From Flavobacteriaceae bacterium (GTDB lineage Bacteria; Bacteroidota; Bacteroidia; Flavobacteriales; Flavobacteriaceae): a stretch of DNA of 64,000 nt. The first letter of the stretch is position 1; each line of letters opens with the position of its first letter. The stretch covers positions 9,163 to 73,162 of the forward strand of contig CBFIIP010000090.1 in assembly GCA_965662705.1 (NCBI GenBank), written 5' to 3'. A model generated the notes under the pieces. It saw only the letters and a program-made list of their open reading frames with translations, did no database searches and was not told the origin of the DNA. The translations under genes and the position numbers were made by a program. Shown in pieces: positions 52,729 through 61,816 of this stretch.

Positions 52729-55224
52729 TTAGAATTTTACCTTTACACCCAACTGAAAACTCCTCCCTTCGCTTGAGATTCCTGAACCAAAAGTCCTGTA
52801 GTGTAAATCGAAAATGTTTCGTAGTCCAAGGTTAAAAACGACGTTTTCTTTGGGTTGATATTGAGATAAAACAGACCATACACTCCAAGAGGGCATACCA
52901 TAATATATAAGCGTTTCATCACTTGCTAATGAGTTGACTATCGGGGTTTCGTTTAGCCCATCTTCACCCCCCCAGCTGTATTCGGCAGGGTCTTTTGCGT
53001 CGCTGAATTTCCATAGCAATAGGGTCTCCATTTTTTTTGTTTTATAGGAAAGTGTAAAACTCCCAAAAAGAGGAGCAATAGAAGGCATGGGTCCATAATC
53101 TGTATTTTGATCTGCAGTGGTATAAGTCAAACCTCCTCTGACGCTCAATGGATCGGCAACGGTCCACTTGGCTTCGACGGAACCCCCATAAATGAAGCGA
53201 TTGCCCAAGTTCTTATTGGCTTGGGTGAGAACCTCCTCCCCATTGTACATAATGGTGTTTTCATCCTCAGTTGTTTTATCAGAAAAAACAATGAAATCCG
53301 ACCGAACGATATGTCTGGAAATCATGGTGATATATCCTCTCAAATCAATATAGCTCATTTTGTTTGGAGCCATATGTTTGATGCCGGACTCAAAAGTGTA
53401 GGCATATTCTGGCTTAAGAAATGAATTGGGAACCAACAAAGTACCATTACTTTCTCGAATTTTTCCAATATCATCGATATTGGGATTTCTAAATCCACTC
53501 GAAATTAAACTGTTGATTTGCCATTTGGGGTTGGGGCGATAGGTCATGGCCAAGGTATAGGTTAGTGCATTAGAATTTAAATCCACTTCTGAGAGCAGTT
53601 TATCCACCAAAGCGGTTTCATTCCAACGGGCCATTACCTGAGATCCCGTCATCCTGAGTCCTCCATTGAGCGTCAAACGTTCGTTTGCCCTGTAAATCCA
53701 ATTCAAATAAGCTGCAAAACTCGATGCACTACTTCCATCGTTGGGGTAACGGGATGGTATATTCGTTGTATTGGTGTAGCCGACGATATTTTCCAACTCG
53801 ATGATCAAATCTGAGGAAAAGCCTACGGATTTGATCTCATTATGTGTCCATTCCAGTCCATAAGAAAAGGAGTGCCCCTCAGCGAAATTTCCATAAAAAT
53901 CGGCGTTAATACTAAAAACATCAACGGTTTCAATTTGATGGGCGCGAGTGAGGCTCTCAAATTTTCGGTTGATTCTGGACTCTTCAACATTTTGATAGGC
54001 GGCAGTTATTGTTCCTTTTTTTAGCCAATTTTTTCCGAGAAAAAAATTTAGTTGTGGAGACAGAAAAAACCGCTTTTGCGGGCCGTAGTACCATTCACTG
54101 AAGCGCAGACTGCCATTTCGAACCTCTGATAGTTTATCATACCGATCAATGTCGGACGATTCTGAGTATTGAATGTTCAAATTCAAAATCATATCCTTGG
54201 GTAATTTGAACAAGAACTTTTGAAAGAGGTCATATTGGTCGTAGCTCGTATTTTTTTGAATATTGGGATTAGAATTGGGGGTTGGAGTAGCCCTGTATTT
54301 ATTTCTGCTATTGAGTGAGAAATAGGGGGTCAATCCCCATTGCGAAAATCCATGTCTGCGGTTCTCTCCGATTCTGATATCACCAAAATTAGAATAACTA
54401 ACACTAGTGAGACTTCCCCACTTTTTGAAACTCAAGGTCGTATTGATGTTATTAACCAAAGACCGGTTGGCGTAATTAAAGGCAGAAGAAAATTCGGATT
54501 GTACTACCTTATTTTCGTTCAGCTTGGGAGATTTTGTGTAATAGTGGATCACCCCTCCCAATGCGTCAGAGCCATAGCCCACAGAGGATGACCCAAAGGT
54601 AACTTCTACCCGTTCAATGTTATGGGGGTCGATCGTTATGGCATTTTGCAAATGACCAGATCGATATATGGCATTATTCATTCTTACACCATCGACTACT
54701 ATTAATACTCTATTGGCTTCAAATCCTCTTAATGCTGGGCTGCCACCCCCCCCTTGAGATTTTTGAATTCTAACATTTGGATTAATTTCCAATAGGTCGG
54801 CTCCGGTTGTTTTGGTATTGATCTCGATGTCATTTTGAGAGATGACTCCTACTTGCTCAGCGATGATGTCCCGAGTGGCTTGGGATCGTGCAACAGATAG
54901 TACGACTTCCTCCAAGATCTCGTCCTCAGGAATCATTTGGATCCTTTTTTTGCCTGTCAAAAGGTCAAGATAGTCTATGCTTAGGGGCTGGTAACCCAAA
55001 AGATTAAAGTTGATCACCCCCTCCTTTGGAAAACCTTCTAAGTTCACTTTACCCAGAGCATCGGTAAGTGTGTTGTGACTTCCACTCTCTGAGAAAACAA
55101 TAACGTTTTGTAAGGGCTCTCCACTAATACTATCTTCTACCCAAATTTCTTGTCCGTGCAGACTGTGGACGAACAAAAATGAAGTAGTCCACAGTATTAA
55201 CGATTTTTTAACGGAAGATTTCAT
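52729..55224 (-). CDS. TonB-dependent receptor with CarboxypepD_reg N-domain
   Basis: Signal peptide, carboxypeptidase-regulatory-like segment, plug (RIQKSQGGGGSPALRGFEANRVLIVVDGVRMNN), barrel, C-terminal F. Confidence 0.85.
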   Translation of the reverse strand: MKSSVKKSLILWTTSFLFVHSLHGQEIWVEDSISGEPLQNVIVFSESGSHNTLTDALGKVNLEGFPKEGVINFNLLGYQPLSIDYLDLLTGKKRIQMIPEDEILEEVVLSVARSQATRDIIAEQVGVISQNDIEINTKTTGADLLEINPNVRIQKSQGGGGSPALRGFEANRVLIVVDGVRMNNAIYRSGHLQNAITIDPHNIERVEVTFGSSSVGYGSDALGGVIHYYTKSPKLNENKVVQSEFSSAFNYANRSLVNNINTTLSFKKWGSLTSVSYSNFGDIRIGENRRHGFSQWGLTPYFSLNSRNKYRATPTPNSNPNIQKNTSYDQYDLFQKFLFKLPKDMILNLNIQYSESSDIDRYDKLSEVRNGSLRFSEWYYGPQKRFFLSPQLNFFLGKNWLKKGTITAAYQNVEESRINRKFESLTRAHQIETVDVFSINADFYGNFAEGHSFSYGLEWTHNEIKSVGFSSDLIIELENIVGYTNTTNIPSRYPNDGSSASSFAAYLNWIYRANERLTLNGGLRMTGSQVMARWNETALVDKLLSEVDLNSNALTYTLAMTYRPNPKWQINSLISSGFRNPNIDDIGKIRESNGTLLVPNSFLKPEYAYTFESGIKHMAPNKMSYIDLRGYITMISRHIVRSDFIVFSDKTTEDENTIMYNGEEVLTQANKNLGNRFIYGGSVEAKWTVADPLSVRGGLTYTTADQNTDYGPMPSIAPLFGSFTLSYKTKKMETLLLWKFSDAKDPAEYSWGGEDGLNETPIVNSLASDETLIYYGMPSWSVWSVLSQYQPKENVVFNLGLRNIFDLHYRTFGSGISSEGRSFQLGVKVKF

Positions 55225-55936
55225 GGAGTATATCGACTGACTTTATTTTTCCAAAGCCTTGTAAATGTATATTAAAATAATCTATCAACACGCTTAATAA
55301 TTCTATTCTGAGTGGATTGGGGATTCTTATCTCATTCAATAGTTCAAAACGAGTATTGAGTAGTTTTTTGAATGCCAAAACCAAGTCGCCTCCAATATGA
55401 TATTTTGAGGAAGAAAAACCATAGAAACACCCACTTTTAATATCAAAAAATGGTTTTTCCATACCCGTTTGATTGGGGTAAAAGCCGAGAATTTGACTGA
55501 GTTCAATCATAAATTTTAGATGAAAAAGGGGTGAAAACACTTTTTCCTCCAAGTGAATAACGTTTTTTTCGATAAAAAGGTATAATGAGAGGTTTGGAGC
55601 ACCTTCCTCAGTGATGGCTTTTGTCAATACCTCAGAGATGAAAAGTGCAACGGCATTTTTTTTAATATCCGATGGGATTTCGATTAATGGATAATGAATG
55701 CGCGCTTCCTTGATGTAATGCAATCCAATGCGATTGCCATTTTTTATTTGAGTGATCAAGTGGATTATACTCAAGGGCTGAAAAAAAGATTTTTTAAGAT
55801 TTCCTTTTTTGGAGGACAATATCCCCTTGAGGAGAAATGATTTCAATCCCAGTTCCTTACAATAACAACGGGCAATAAGGCTGGAATCTCCATATTTGAG
55901 GGTACTTAGAACGATTGCATTCGTTTCAACCAACAT
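55208..55936 (-). CDS. recO: DNA repair protein RecO
   Basis: MLVETNAIVLSTLKYGDSSLIARCY OB-fold N-terminus typical of RecO. 242 aa. Confidence 0.85.
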   Translation of the reverse strand: MLVETNAIVLSTLKYGDSSLIARCYCKELGLKSFLLKGILSSKKGNLKKSFFQPLSIIHLITQIKNGNRIGLHYIKEARIHYPLIEIPSDIKKNAVALFISEVLTKAITEEGAPNLSLYLFIEKNVIHLEEKVFSPLFHLKFMIELSQILGFYPNQTGMEKPFFDIKSGCFYGFSSSKYHIGGDLVLAFKKLLNTRFELLNEIRIPNPLRIELLSVLIDYFNIHLQGFGKIKSVDILHEIFR

Positions 55937-55950
55937 GATCGAAGGAGAGT

Positions 55951-57291
55951 TTAGACGACCCCTTGAGCCAGCATGGCATCGGCCACTTTGACAAAGCCTG
56001 CAATATTTGCCCCTTTTACATAGTTGACATAGCCTTTTTCAGCGCCATAATCCAAACAAGATTGGTGAATATCAGCCATAATGGATTGTAGTTTGGCATC
56101 GACTTCCTCTCTCGTCCAATTGTAACGTAGCGAGTTTTGCGCCATTTCCAATCCCGAAACAGCAACTCCTCCTGCATTAGAGGCTTTTCCCGGGGCATAG
56201 AGCAGTTGATGCTTAGTGAATTGATGAATTGCCTCGGGGGTGGAGGGCATATTGGCTCCTTCCCCTACACAAATACATCCATTTTTAATCAATTTGATTG
56301 CGTCTTTTTCGTTCAATTCGTTTTGAGTAGCACAGGGCAGAGCGATTTCGCAGGGCACTTCCCAGGGGGTTTTTCCGGCAATGAATTTTGCCTTGGGATA
56401 CTTATCAAGGTAAGAGCTTATTCTCGCCCTTTTGATATTTTTCAACTCCATAATATGAGCCAATTTCTCTATATCTAAGCCTTCGGAATCAAAAATATAT
56501 CCAGAGGAGTCTGATAGGGTTAAAACTTTGGCCCCCAGCTGAATTGCTTTTTCAGCAGCGTATTGCGCCACATTTCCACTGCCCGATATCAACACTTTTT
56601 TATCTTTTAGTCCAGTACCGTTATGTTCCATCATTTTTTGGACAAAATACACCACGCCGTAACCCGTTGCCTCGGGTCGGATCAATGAGCCTCCCCAAGA
56701 AATTCCTTTCCCAGTCAGTACACCGGTAAACTCATTTTTCAATCTTTTGTATTGACCAAACATATAGCCAATTTCTCTACTCCCAACACCAATATCGCCA
56801 GCTGGAATATCTCGATTGGGGCCGATATGACGGAAAAGTTCGGTCATGAAACTTTGGCAAAAACGCATCACTTCGGTATCTGTTTTTCCTTTGGGGTTAA
56901 AATCTGAGCCGCCTTTTCCTCCACCCATGGGGAGGGTGGTCAGGCTATTTTTAAATATTTGTTCGAATGCCAAAAACTTTAGAACACTGAGATTTACACT
57001 GGGATGAAAACGAAGTCCACCTTTGTAGGGTCCAATGGCGGAATTCATCTCTATTCTATACCCCCGGTTGACTTGAATTTCCTCTTGATCATCAATCCAA
57101 GCCACTCTGAAAGAAACGACGCGTTCTGGTTCCACCATCCGCAGCAAAATATTTTGACCGTAGTAAACATCGTTTTTGACGATATAGGGAATTACTGTTT
57201 CGGCCACCTCGGTTACTGCTTGCATGAACTCTGGCTCATTTTGATTTCTTTTATTGACTTCAGCCAAAAAATCTTTGATTACTTTATCCAT
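55951..57291 (-). CDS. gdhA: NADP-specific glutamate dehydrogenase
   Basis: Catalytic-lysine motif LPMGGGKGGSDFNPKGK. Rossmann motif GSGNVAQYAAEK. 446 aa. Confidence 0.95.
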   Translation of the reverse strand: MDKVIKDFLAEVNKRNQNEPEFMQAVTEVAETVIPYIVKNDVYYGQNILLRMVEPERVVSFRVAWIDDQEEIQVNRGYRIEMNSAIGPYKGGLRFHPSVNLSVLKFLAFEQIFKNSLTTLPMGGGKGGSDFNPKGKTDTEVMRFCQSFMTELFRHIGPNRDIPAGDIGVGSREIGYMFGQYKRLKNEFTGVLTGKGISWGGSLIRPEATGYGVVYFVQKMMEHNGTGLKDKKVLISGSGNVAQYAAEKAIQLGAKVLTLSDSSGYIFDSEGLDIEKLAHIMELKNIKRARISSYLDKYPKAKFIAGKTPWEVPCEIALPCATQNELNEKDAIKLIKNGCICVGEGANMPSTPEAIHQFTKHQLLYAPGKASNAGGVAVSGLEMAQNSLRYNWTREEVDAKLQSIMADIHQSCLDYGAEKGYVNYVKGANIAGFVKVADAMLAQGVV

Positions 57292-57348
57292 TGAATTGAT
57301 TTTAGATCAATTAAAAATACATTTTTATAACGGAAATGGATTGATATT

Positions 57349-58707
57349 CTAACCAAAAAGTGCGGTAATTAAGGCTTCAATTTTGGAGACCGCAAGAACT
57401 TTTATCGACTCATTTTGTTTGCTGATTTTTGCAAATTTGGAAATGACGATGGTCTCGAATCCTAATTTTGATGCCTCTTGTATGCGTTGTTCAGTTTTGG
57501 GCACAGGTCTAATTTCGCCAGAAAGTCCTACTTCTGCGGCAAAACAAATGTTCTCCGAAACCTCTATGTCGTGATAACTGGACAATATGGCTACGATTAC
57601 CGCCAAATCAATCGCTGGATCAGCAATAGAAATCCCCCCAGTAATATTGATAAAAACATCCTTGGCGCCCAACGCAAATCCCGCTCTTTTTTCCAAGACG
57701 GCCAAAAGCATATTGAGCCTTTTGGTATTATAGCCCGTTGATGTTCTTTGAGGGGTGCCGTAAACTGCGGTGCTAACCAATGCTTGGATTTCTATCATCA
57801 ATGGTCGAATCCCCTCAATAGTGGCAGCTATGGCGTGGCCGCTCAATTTTTCGTCTTTTTCTGAGATCAACAGCTCGCTGGGGTTGCTCACCGCCCGAAG
57901 TCCTTTGGATTGCATTTCATAAATTCCAATTTCGGAGGTAGCTCCAAAGCGATTTTTTTGGGTTCTAAGAATGCGGTAAATATGATTGCGGTCGCCCTCA
58001 AATTGAAGAACTACATCTACCATGTGTTCCAATATTTTTGGCCCAGCGATTTGACCATCCTTGGTGATATGACCCACCAAAAAAACCGGCACGTGGGTCT
58101 CTTTGGCGAATTTGATGAATTCTGAAGTACTTTCGCGGATTTGGGATACGCTACCAGGACTACTGTCTATGTAATCCGTATGCAGTGTTTGCACTGAGTC
58201 GATGATCACCAATTCGGGTGTCAGGGCTTCAATTTGGGAAAAAATATTTTGCGTTTTTGTTTCGCTTAGGATAAAACAATTTTCAGAGGAGGCATCCATT
58301 CTATCGGATCGTATTTTTATCTGACGCTGGCTTTCTTCCCCAGAAACATATAAGACTTTACAACCGATGCGCATGGCAATCTGCAACAGCAAGGTGGATT
58401 TTCCAATACCGGGTTCTCCTCCCATAAGCATCAAAGCCCCCGGAATGATTCCCCCCCCCAATACGCGGTTGAGTTCGGCATCTCCTGTATTGATTCTAGT
58501 CTCTGAGGATACTTCAATTTCACTGATTTTTGTGGGTTTGGAAGTTGTGCTAGGTTTGTTTTCGCTTTTCCAATCCTTCTTGCTGGGTTTTTCCATCACC
58601 TCCTCAATGAGGGTGTTCCATTGTTTACACGAATTGCATTGGCCTTGCCACTGGGCATGTTGTGTACCGCAACTCTGGCAAAAAAAAGAGGTTTTTACTT
58701 TACTCAT
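57349..58707 (-). CDS. radA: DNA repair protein RadA/Sms
   Basis: N-terminal zinc finger CQSCGTQHAQWQGQCNSCKQW, Walker A GGEPGIGKST, KNRFG motif, Lon-like C-domain. Confidence 0.95.
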   Translation of the reverse strand: MSKVKTSFFCQSCGTQHAQWQGQCNSCKQWNTLIEEVMEKPSKKDWKSENKPSTTSKPTKISEIEVSSETRINTGDAELNRVLGGGIIPGALMLMGGEPGIGKSTLLLQIAMRIGCKVLYVSGEESQRQIKIRSDRMDASSENCFILSETKTQNIFSQIEALTPELVIIDSVQTLHTDYIDSSPGSVSQIRESTSEFIKFAKETHVPVFLVGHITKDGQIAGPKILEHMVDVVLQFEGDRNHIYRILRTQKNRFGATSEIGIYEMQSKGLRAVSNPSELLISEKDEKLSGHAIAATIEGIRPLMIEIQALVSTAVYGTPQRTSTGYNTKRLNMLLAVLEKRAGFALGAKDVFINITGGISIADPAIDLAVIVAILSSYHDIEVSENICFAAEVGLSGEIRPVPKTEQRIQEASKLGFETIVISKFAKISKQNESIKVLAVSKIEALITALFG

Positions 58708-58730
58708 AGACGGCCAACCGGAAAAAAGGT

Positions 58731-59693
58731 TTATTTCTGGCGATTAACCAAAGGTAATGTAAAAAATGCCAGTGCTCCAAAACTCACCACCATAAGCGTT
58801 TGGCAGGTCCACATGATCCATCCAAAGGCCAAGCCTGATTCTTTGGAAATGCCGAAAGCGATCAATACAAGGGAAACAGAATAAGGATATATTCCTATGC
58901 CTCCGTTGGTGGCCGAGATCGAGAGTCCTCCTACAACAAAGGCTGGAATCATGGCATTCATTCCCAAGCTTGTGGTCTCAGGAATGGAGAACTTAATGAC
59001 CCAAAACATCAGCACATACATCAACCAGATAAAAAAGGTGTGAGCAATAAATAAACCCTTATTTTTCATTTTTTTTATGGAAAGCATTCCTTCCCAAATG
59101 CCTAGAAAAAACTGTTTGATTTTTTCGGTAACTGGGTGAGTAGACTGAAGGAAAAATTTTCTGAGTAAAAGAAAAGATAGGGCTGACAGTAAAAGGGCAA
59201 GAAGGGTCTCAAAAAGATTGATATTGTCGAAACTCAGATAGCCAGTGATCAAATCATATTGAAGGCCTAAAGCCAGAAGAATTAAAAACATTAGTAATAT
59301 CAAATCAACGACACGTTCCGCAATGACGGTTCCAAAGCCTTTTTGAAAGGGAATGTTTTCATATCGATCCATTGCAGTAGCTCGTAGGACTTCCCCAGAT
59401 CGAGGAATGCCCAGATTGGAAAAGTACCCGATCAATACTGACAAAATTGAGTTGATGGTTTTGGGATAATATCCTAGCGGATTTAAGAGATATTTCCAGC
59501 GTATGGCCCTTGAGATATGACTGAGGATTCCAAAAAAAGCAGAGAGAAATACATACTTAAAGTCCGCATTTTTGATGTACTTAATAATATTTTGACGGTC
59601 TTCTGGGGTAGTATTTGAGTAACTCAGATAAATAAAAAAGACTCCAATGGCAAGCGGAATCAATTTTTTTAATAAAGTAAGGACTTTTTTCAA
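58731..59693 (-). CDS. flippase-like / lysylphosphatidylglycerol-synthase-TM (UPF0104) membrane protein
   Basis: 320-aa polytopic protein with UPF0104-like segments (ISRAIRWKYLL, GIPRSGEVLRA). Confidence 0.65.
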   Translation of the reverse strand: MKKVLTLLKKLIPLAIGVFFIYLSYSNTTPEDRQNIIKYIKNADFKYVFLSAFFGILSHISRAIRWKYLLNPLGYYPKTINSILSVLIGYFSNLGIPRSGEVLRATAMDRYENIPFQKGFGTVIAERVVDLILLMFLILLALGLQYDLITGYLSFDNINLFETLLALLLSALSFLLLRKFFLQSTHPVTEKIKQFFLGIWEGMLSIKKMKNKGLFIAHTFFIWLMYVLMFWVIKFSIPETTSLGMNAMIPAFVVGGLSISATNGGIGIYPYSVSLVLIAFGISKESGLAFGWIMWTCQTLMVVSFGALAFFTLPLVNRQK

Positions 59694-59697
59694 ATCC

Positions 59698-60048
59698 TTA
59701 GTTTAATCGGTTGGTGTTTTCGTCTGGAAAAATTATTGTGGGCTTAAAATTTTTCGCTTTCTCGAAGTCCATTTGTGCATAACCAATGATGATAACAATA
59801 TCCCCTTTTTGAACTTTTCTAGCGGCTGGGCCGTTGAGGGTCACTTCTCCGCTTCCTCTTTCACCCTCTATGATATATGTTTCTAGCCTTTCTCCATTAT
59901 TGATGTTCACCACTTGTACTTTCTCGCCCACCAAAAAATTGGCTGCATCGATCAGGTCACGATCAATAGTGATACTGCCGATGTAGCTTAGATCAGCATC
60001 GGTTACTTTTACCCTGTGAATTTTAGATTTTATTACCTCAATTAACAC
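59698..60048 (-). CDS. panD: aspartate 1-decarboxylase
   Basis: [23 protein letters not shown], including the self-processing G-S site. 116 aa. Confidence 0.95.
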   Translation of the reverse strand: MLIEVIKSKIHRVKVTDADLSYIGSITIDRDLIDAANFLVGEKVQVVNINNGERLETYIIEGERGSGEVTLNGPAARKVQKGDIVIIIGYAQMDFEKAKNFKPTIIFPDENTNRLN

Positions 60049-60065
60049 GGGTCAAATTTAGTCAT

Positions 60066-60905
60066 TTAAGACATATCCATATTATCAATTAACCTAATTT
60101 TTCCCAAATGGGCAGCAATGAAGGCACGTCCTTTGGAAACAGGTTTTTCTAGATCTATTTCTTTTAGTGTAACAGGATCTGTAACTCTGAAGTAATCTAA
60201 AGTTAAAAGATCATATTTTTTAAAAAAATCATTGATGCTATCCTTTAGCTGTCGATATTGGATATGCTTTGCATTTTTCTTTGCATAGCAAAGCGATTCA
60301 TACAATTTAGGAGCCAATTTTCGTTCTGTTTCGGTGAGCAAAGCATTGCGAGAACTCATGGCAAGGCCATCTTTTTCCCTGACAATGGGGCAACTGACAA
60401 TTTCAGTTTTTAGTTTTTGCGATTGGGTTATGTGATTTACTATCCTTAACTGTTGGAAATCCTTTTCTCCAAAATAGGCTTTTTCGGGTTGGAAGGTGTT
60501 TAAAAAATAAGATACTACGGTTGCCACCCCCTGAAAATGTCCCGACCTTTTCTCCCCTTCCATTACTAGGTCTAAGCCCCCCAAATCAAATGATTTTGAT
60601 TGGATTTTTTGCCCATAAACATCGAAAGCTTGAGGGAGGTAAACACTTATGTTGCCTTCAAATTGTTCGATTTTTTTCAAATCAGTTTCGAAATTAGCCG
60701 GGTAATTTTCAAGATCAGTTTGATCATCAAATTGCGTCGGGTTGATAAAAATACTGACCAATAAGCTGCGATTTTCATCTAATGCTTTATTGATCAATGA
60801 CAAATGACCATCGTGCAATGCTCCCATGGTCGGTACGAACCCAAGGGGTCTGTTTTGGTTTGATAAATGTTTTACCAAAGAATGGGATGCGTTGAAAACC
60901 CTCAT
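60066..60905 (-). CDS. panC: pantoate--beta-alanine ligase
   Basis: PTMGALHDGHLSLI (HIGH-like) motif and GEKDFQQ. 279 aa. Confidence 0.95.
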   Translation of the reverse strand: MRVFNASHSLVKHLSNQNRPLGFVPTMGALHDGHLSLINKALDENRSLLVSIFINPTQFDDQTDLENYPANFETDLKKIEQFEGNISVYLPQAFDVYGQKIQSKSFDLGGLDLVMEGEKRSGHFQGVATVVSYFLNTFQPEKAYFGEKDFQQLRIVNHITQSQKLKTEIVSCPIVREKDGLAMSSRNALLTETERKLAPKLYESLCYAKKNAKHIQYRQLKDSINDFFKKYDLLTLDYFRVTDPVTLKEIDLEKPVSKGRAFIAAHLGKIRLIDNMDMS

Positions 60906-60964
60906 TTAATAAAAAATTAACAGCCTCAAATATAAGTAATTCGGCATATTCCGTTAAATTTTTG

Positions 60965-60972
60965 TAATTTTG
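60965..60972 (+). promoter_or_regulatory. candidate -7 promoter box (TAATTTTG)
   Basis: Exact TAnnTTTG match, 34 nt upstream of the ATG at 61007. Confidence 0.35.
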
Positions 60973-61006
60973 CCTGGCTTTGACTCCTCAGATTAAATGA
61001 GCGATT

Positions 61007-61813
61007 ATGAAAGACAAAAGGGTTCTTAATATCTCTTCTGAAGTGGTTCCATACCTTCCTCAGACCAATCAAGCTGTAAATTCTTTCAAAATACCCAAAA
61101 ACATAAATGATCACGGAGGTCAAACTCGGATTTTCATGCCACGGTATGGTTTGATCAACGAAAGAAGGCATCAATTGCACGAGGTGATTCGACTTTCGGG
61201 CATGAATTTGGTCATTAACGATGTGGACATGCCCTTGATCATAAAGGTTGCGTCCATACCAAAAGAGCGCATGCAGGTCTATTTCATAGATAATGAAGAG
61301 TATTTTAAGAGACGTGGCCTACTAAAAGATGAAAATCAAAAGCCATTCAAAGACAATGACGAAAGAATGATTTTTTTCACCAAAGGAGTGATCGAAACCG
61401 TTAAAAAACTCAATTGGTCTCCAGATATTATTCATCTTCATGGATGGTTTACAAGCCTTTTTCCATTGTATCTCAATACCTATTATAAAGATGAGCCTAT
61501 ATTTGCCGACTGTAAAATCGTAACCTCATTATACGCTAAAGATTTCGACGGTACATTTTCCAAACAATTTCACGAAAAAGTGGCTTTTGATGCTATTCCT
61601 AACGAATTGATTGAGCCTTTAAAGGATCCTCGATTCGAAAGTTTGACCCAGTTTTGTTTGAATTTTTCAGACGGATATGTGATTTCGGATGAGGCCATTC
61701 CAAAATCAATTGAAAGTTATTTGAAAACACAAAAAATTCCAGGTCTGAGCTATCAAGAAATGCTCAAAGAGGATGCTCTCGTCCAATTTTATACTAATCA
61801 TATTTTAAAATAA
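61007..61813 (+). CDS. short glycogen/starch-synthase-like protein (N-terminal GT5-type domain only)
   Basis: KVLNISSEVVPY...IFMPRYG...DIIHLHGW resembles the N-domain of GlgA. At 268 aa it is the short form usually found next to panC in Flavobacteriia. Confidence 0.7.
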   Translation: MKDKRVLNISSEVVPYLPQTNQAVNSFKIPKNINDHGGQTRIFMPRYGLINERRHQLHEVIRLSGMNLVINDVDMPLIIKVASIPKERMQVYFIDNEEYFKRRGLLKDENQKPFKDNDERMIFFTKGVIETVKKLNWSPDIIHLHGWFTSLFPLYLNTYYKDEPIFADCKIVTSLYAKDFDGTFSKQFHEKVAFDAIPNELIEPLKDPRFESLTQFCLNFSDGYVISDEAIPKSIESYLKTQKIPGLSYQEMLKEDALVQFYTNHILK

Positions 61814-61816
61814 CGA

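Noticed and set aside
60926-61180. 84-aa minus-strand ORF spanning the panC / glycogen-synthase-like intergenic region.
   Set aside because: It overlaps the start of the well-supported plus-strand gene and the candidate promoter, and it has no motif.
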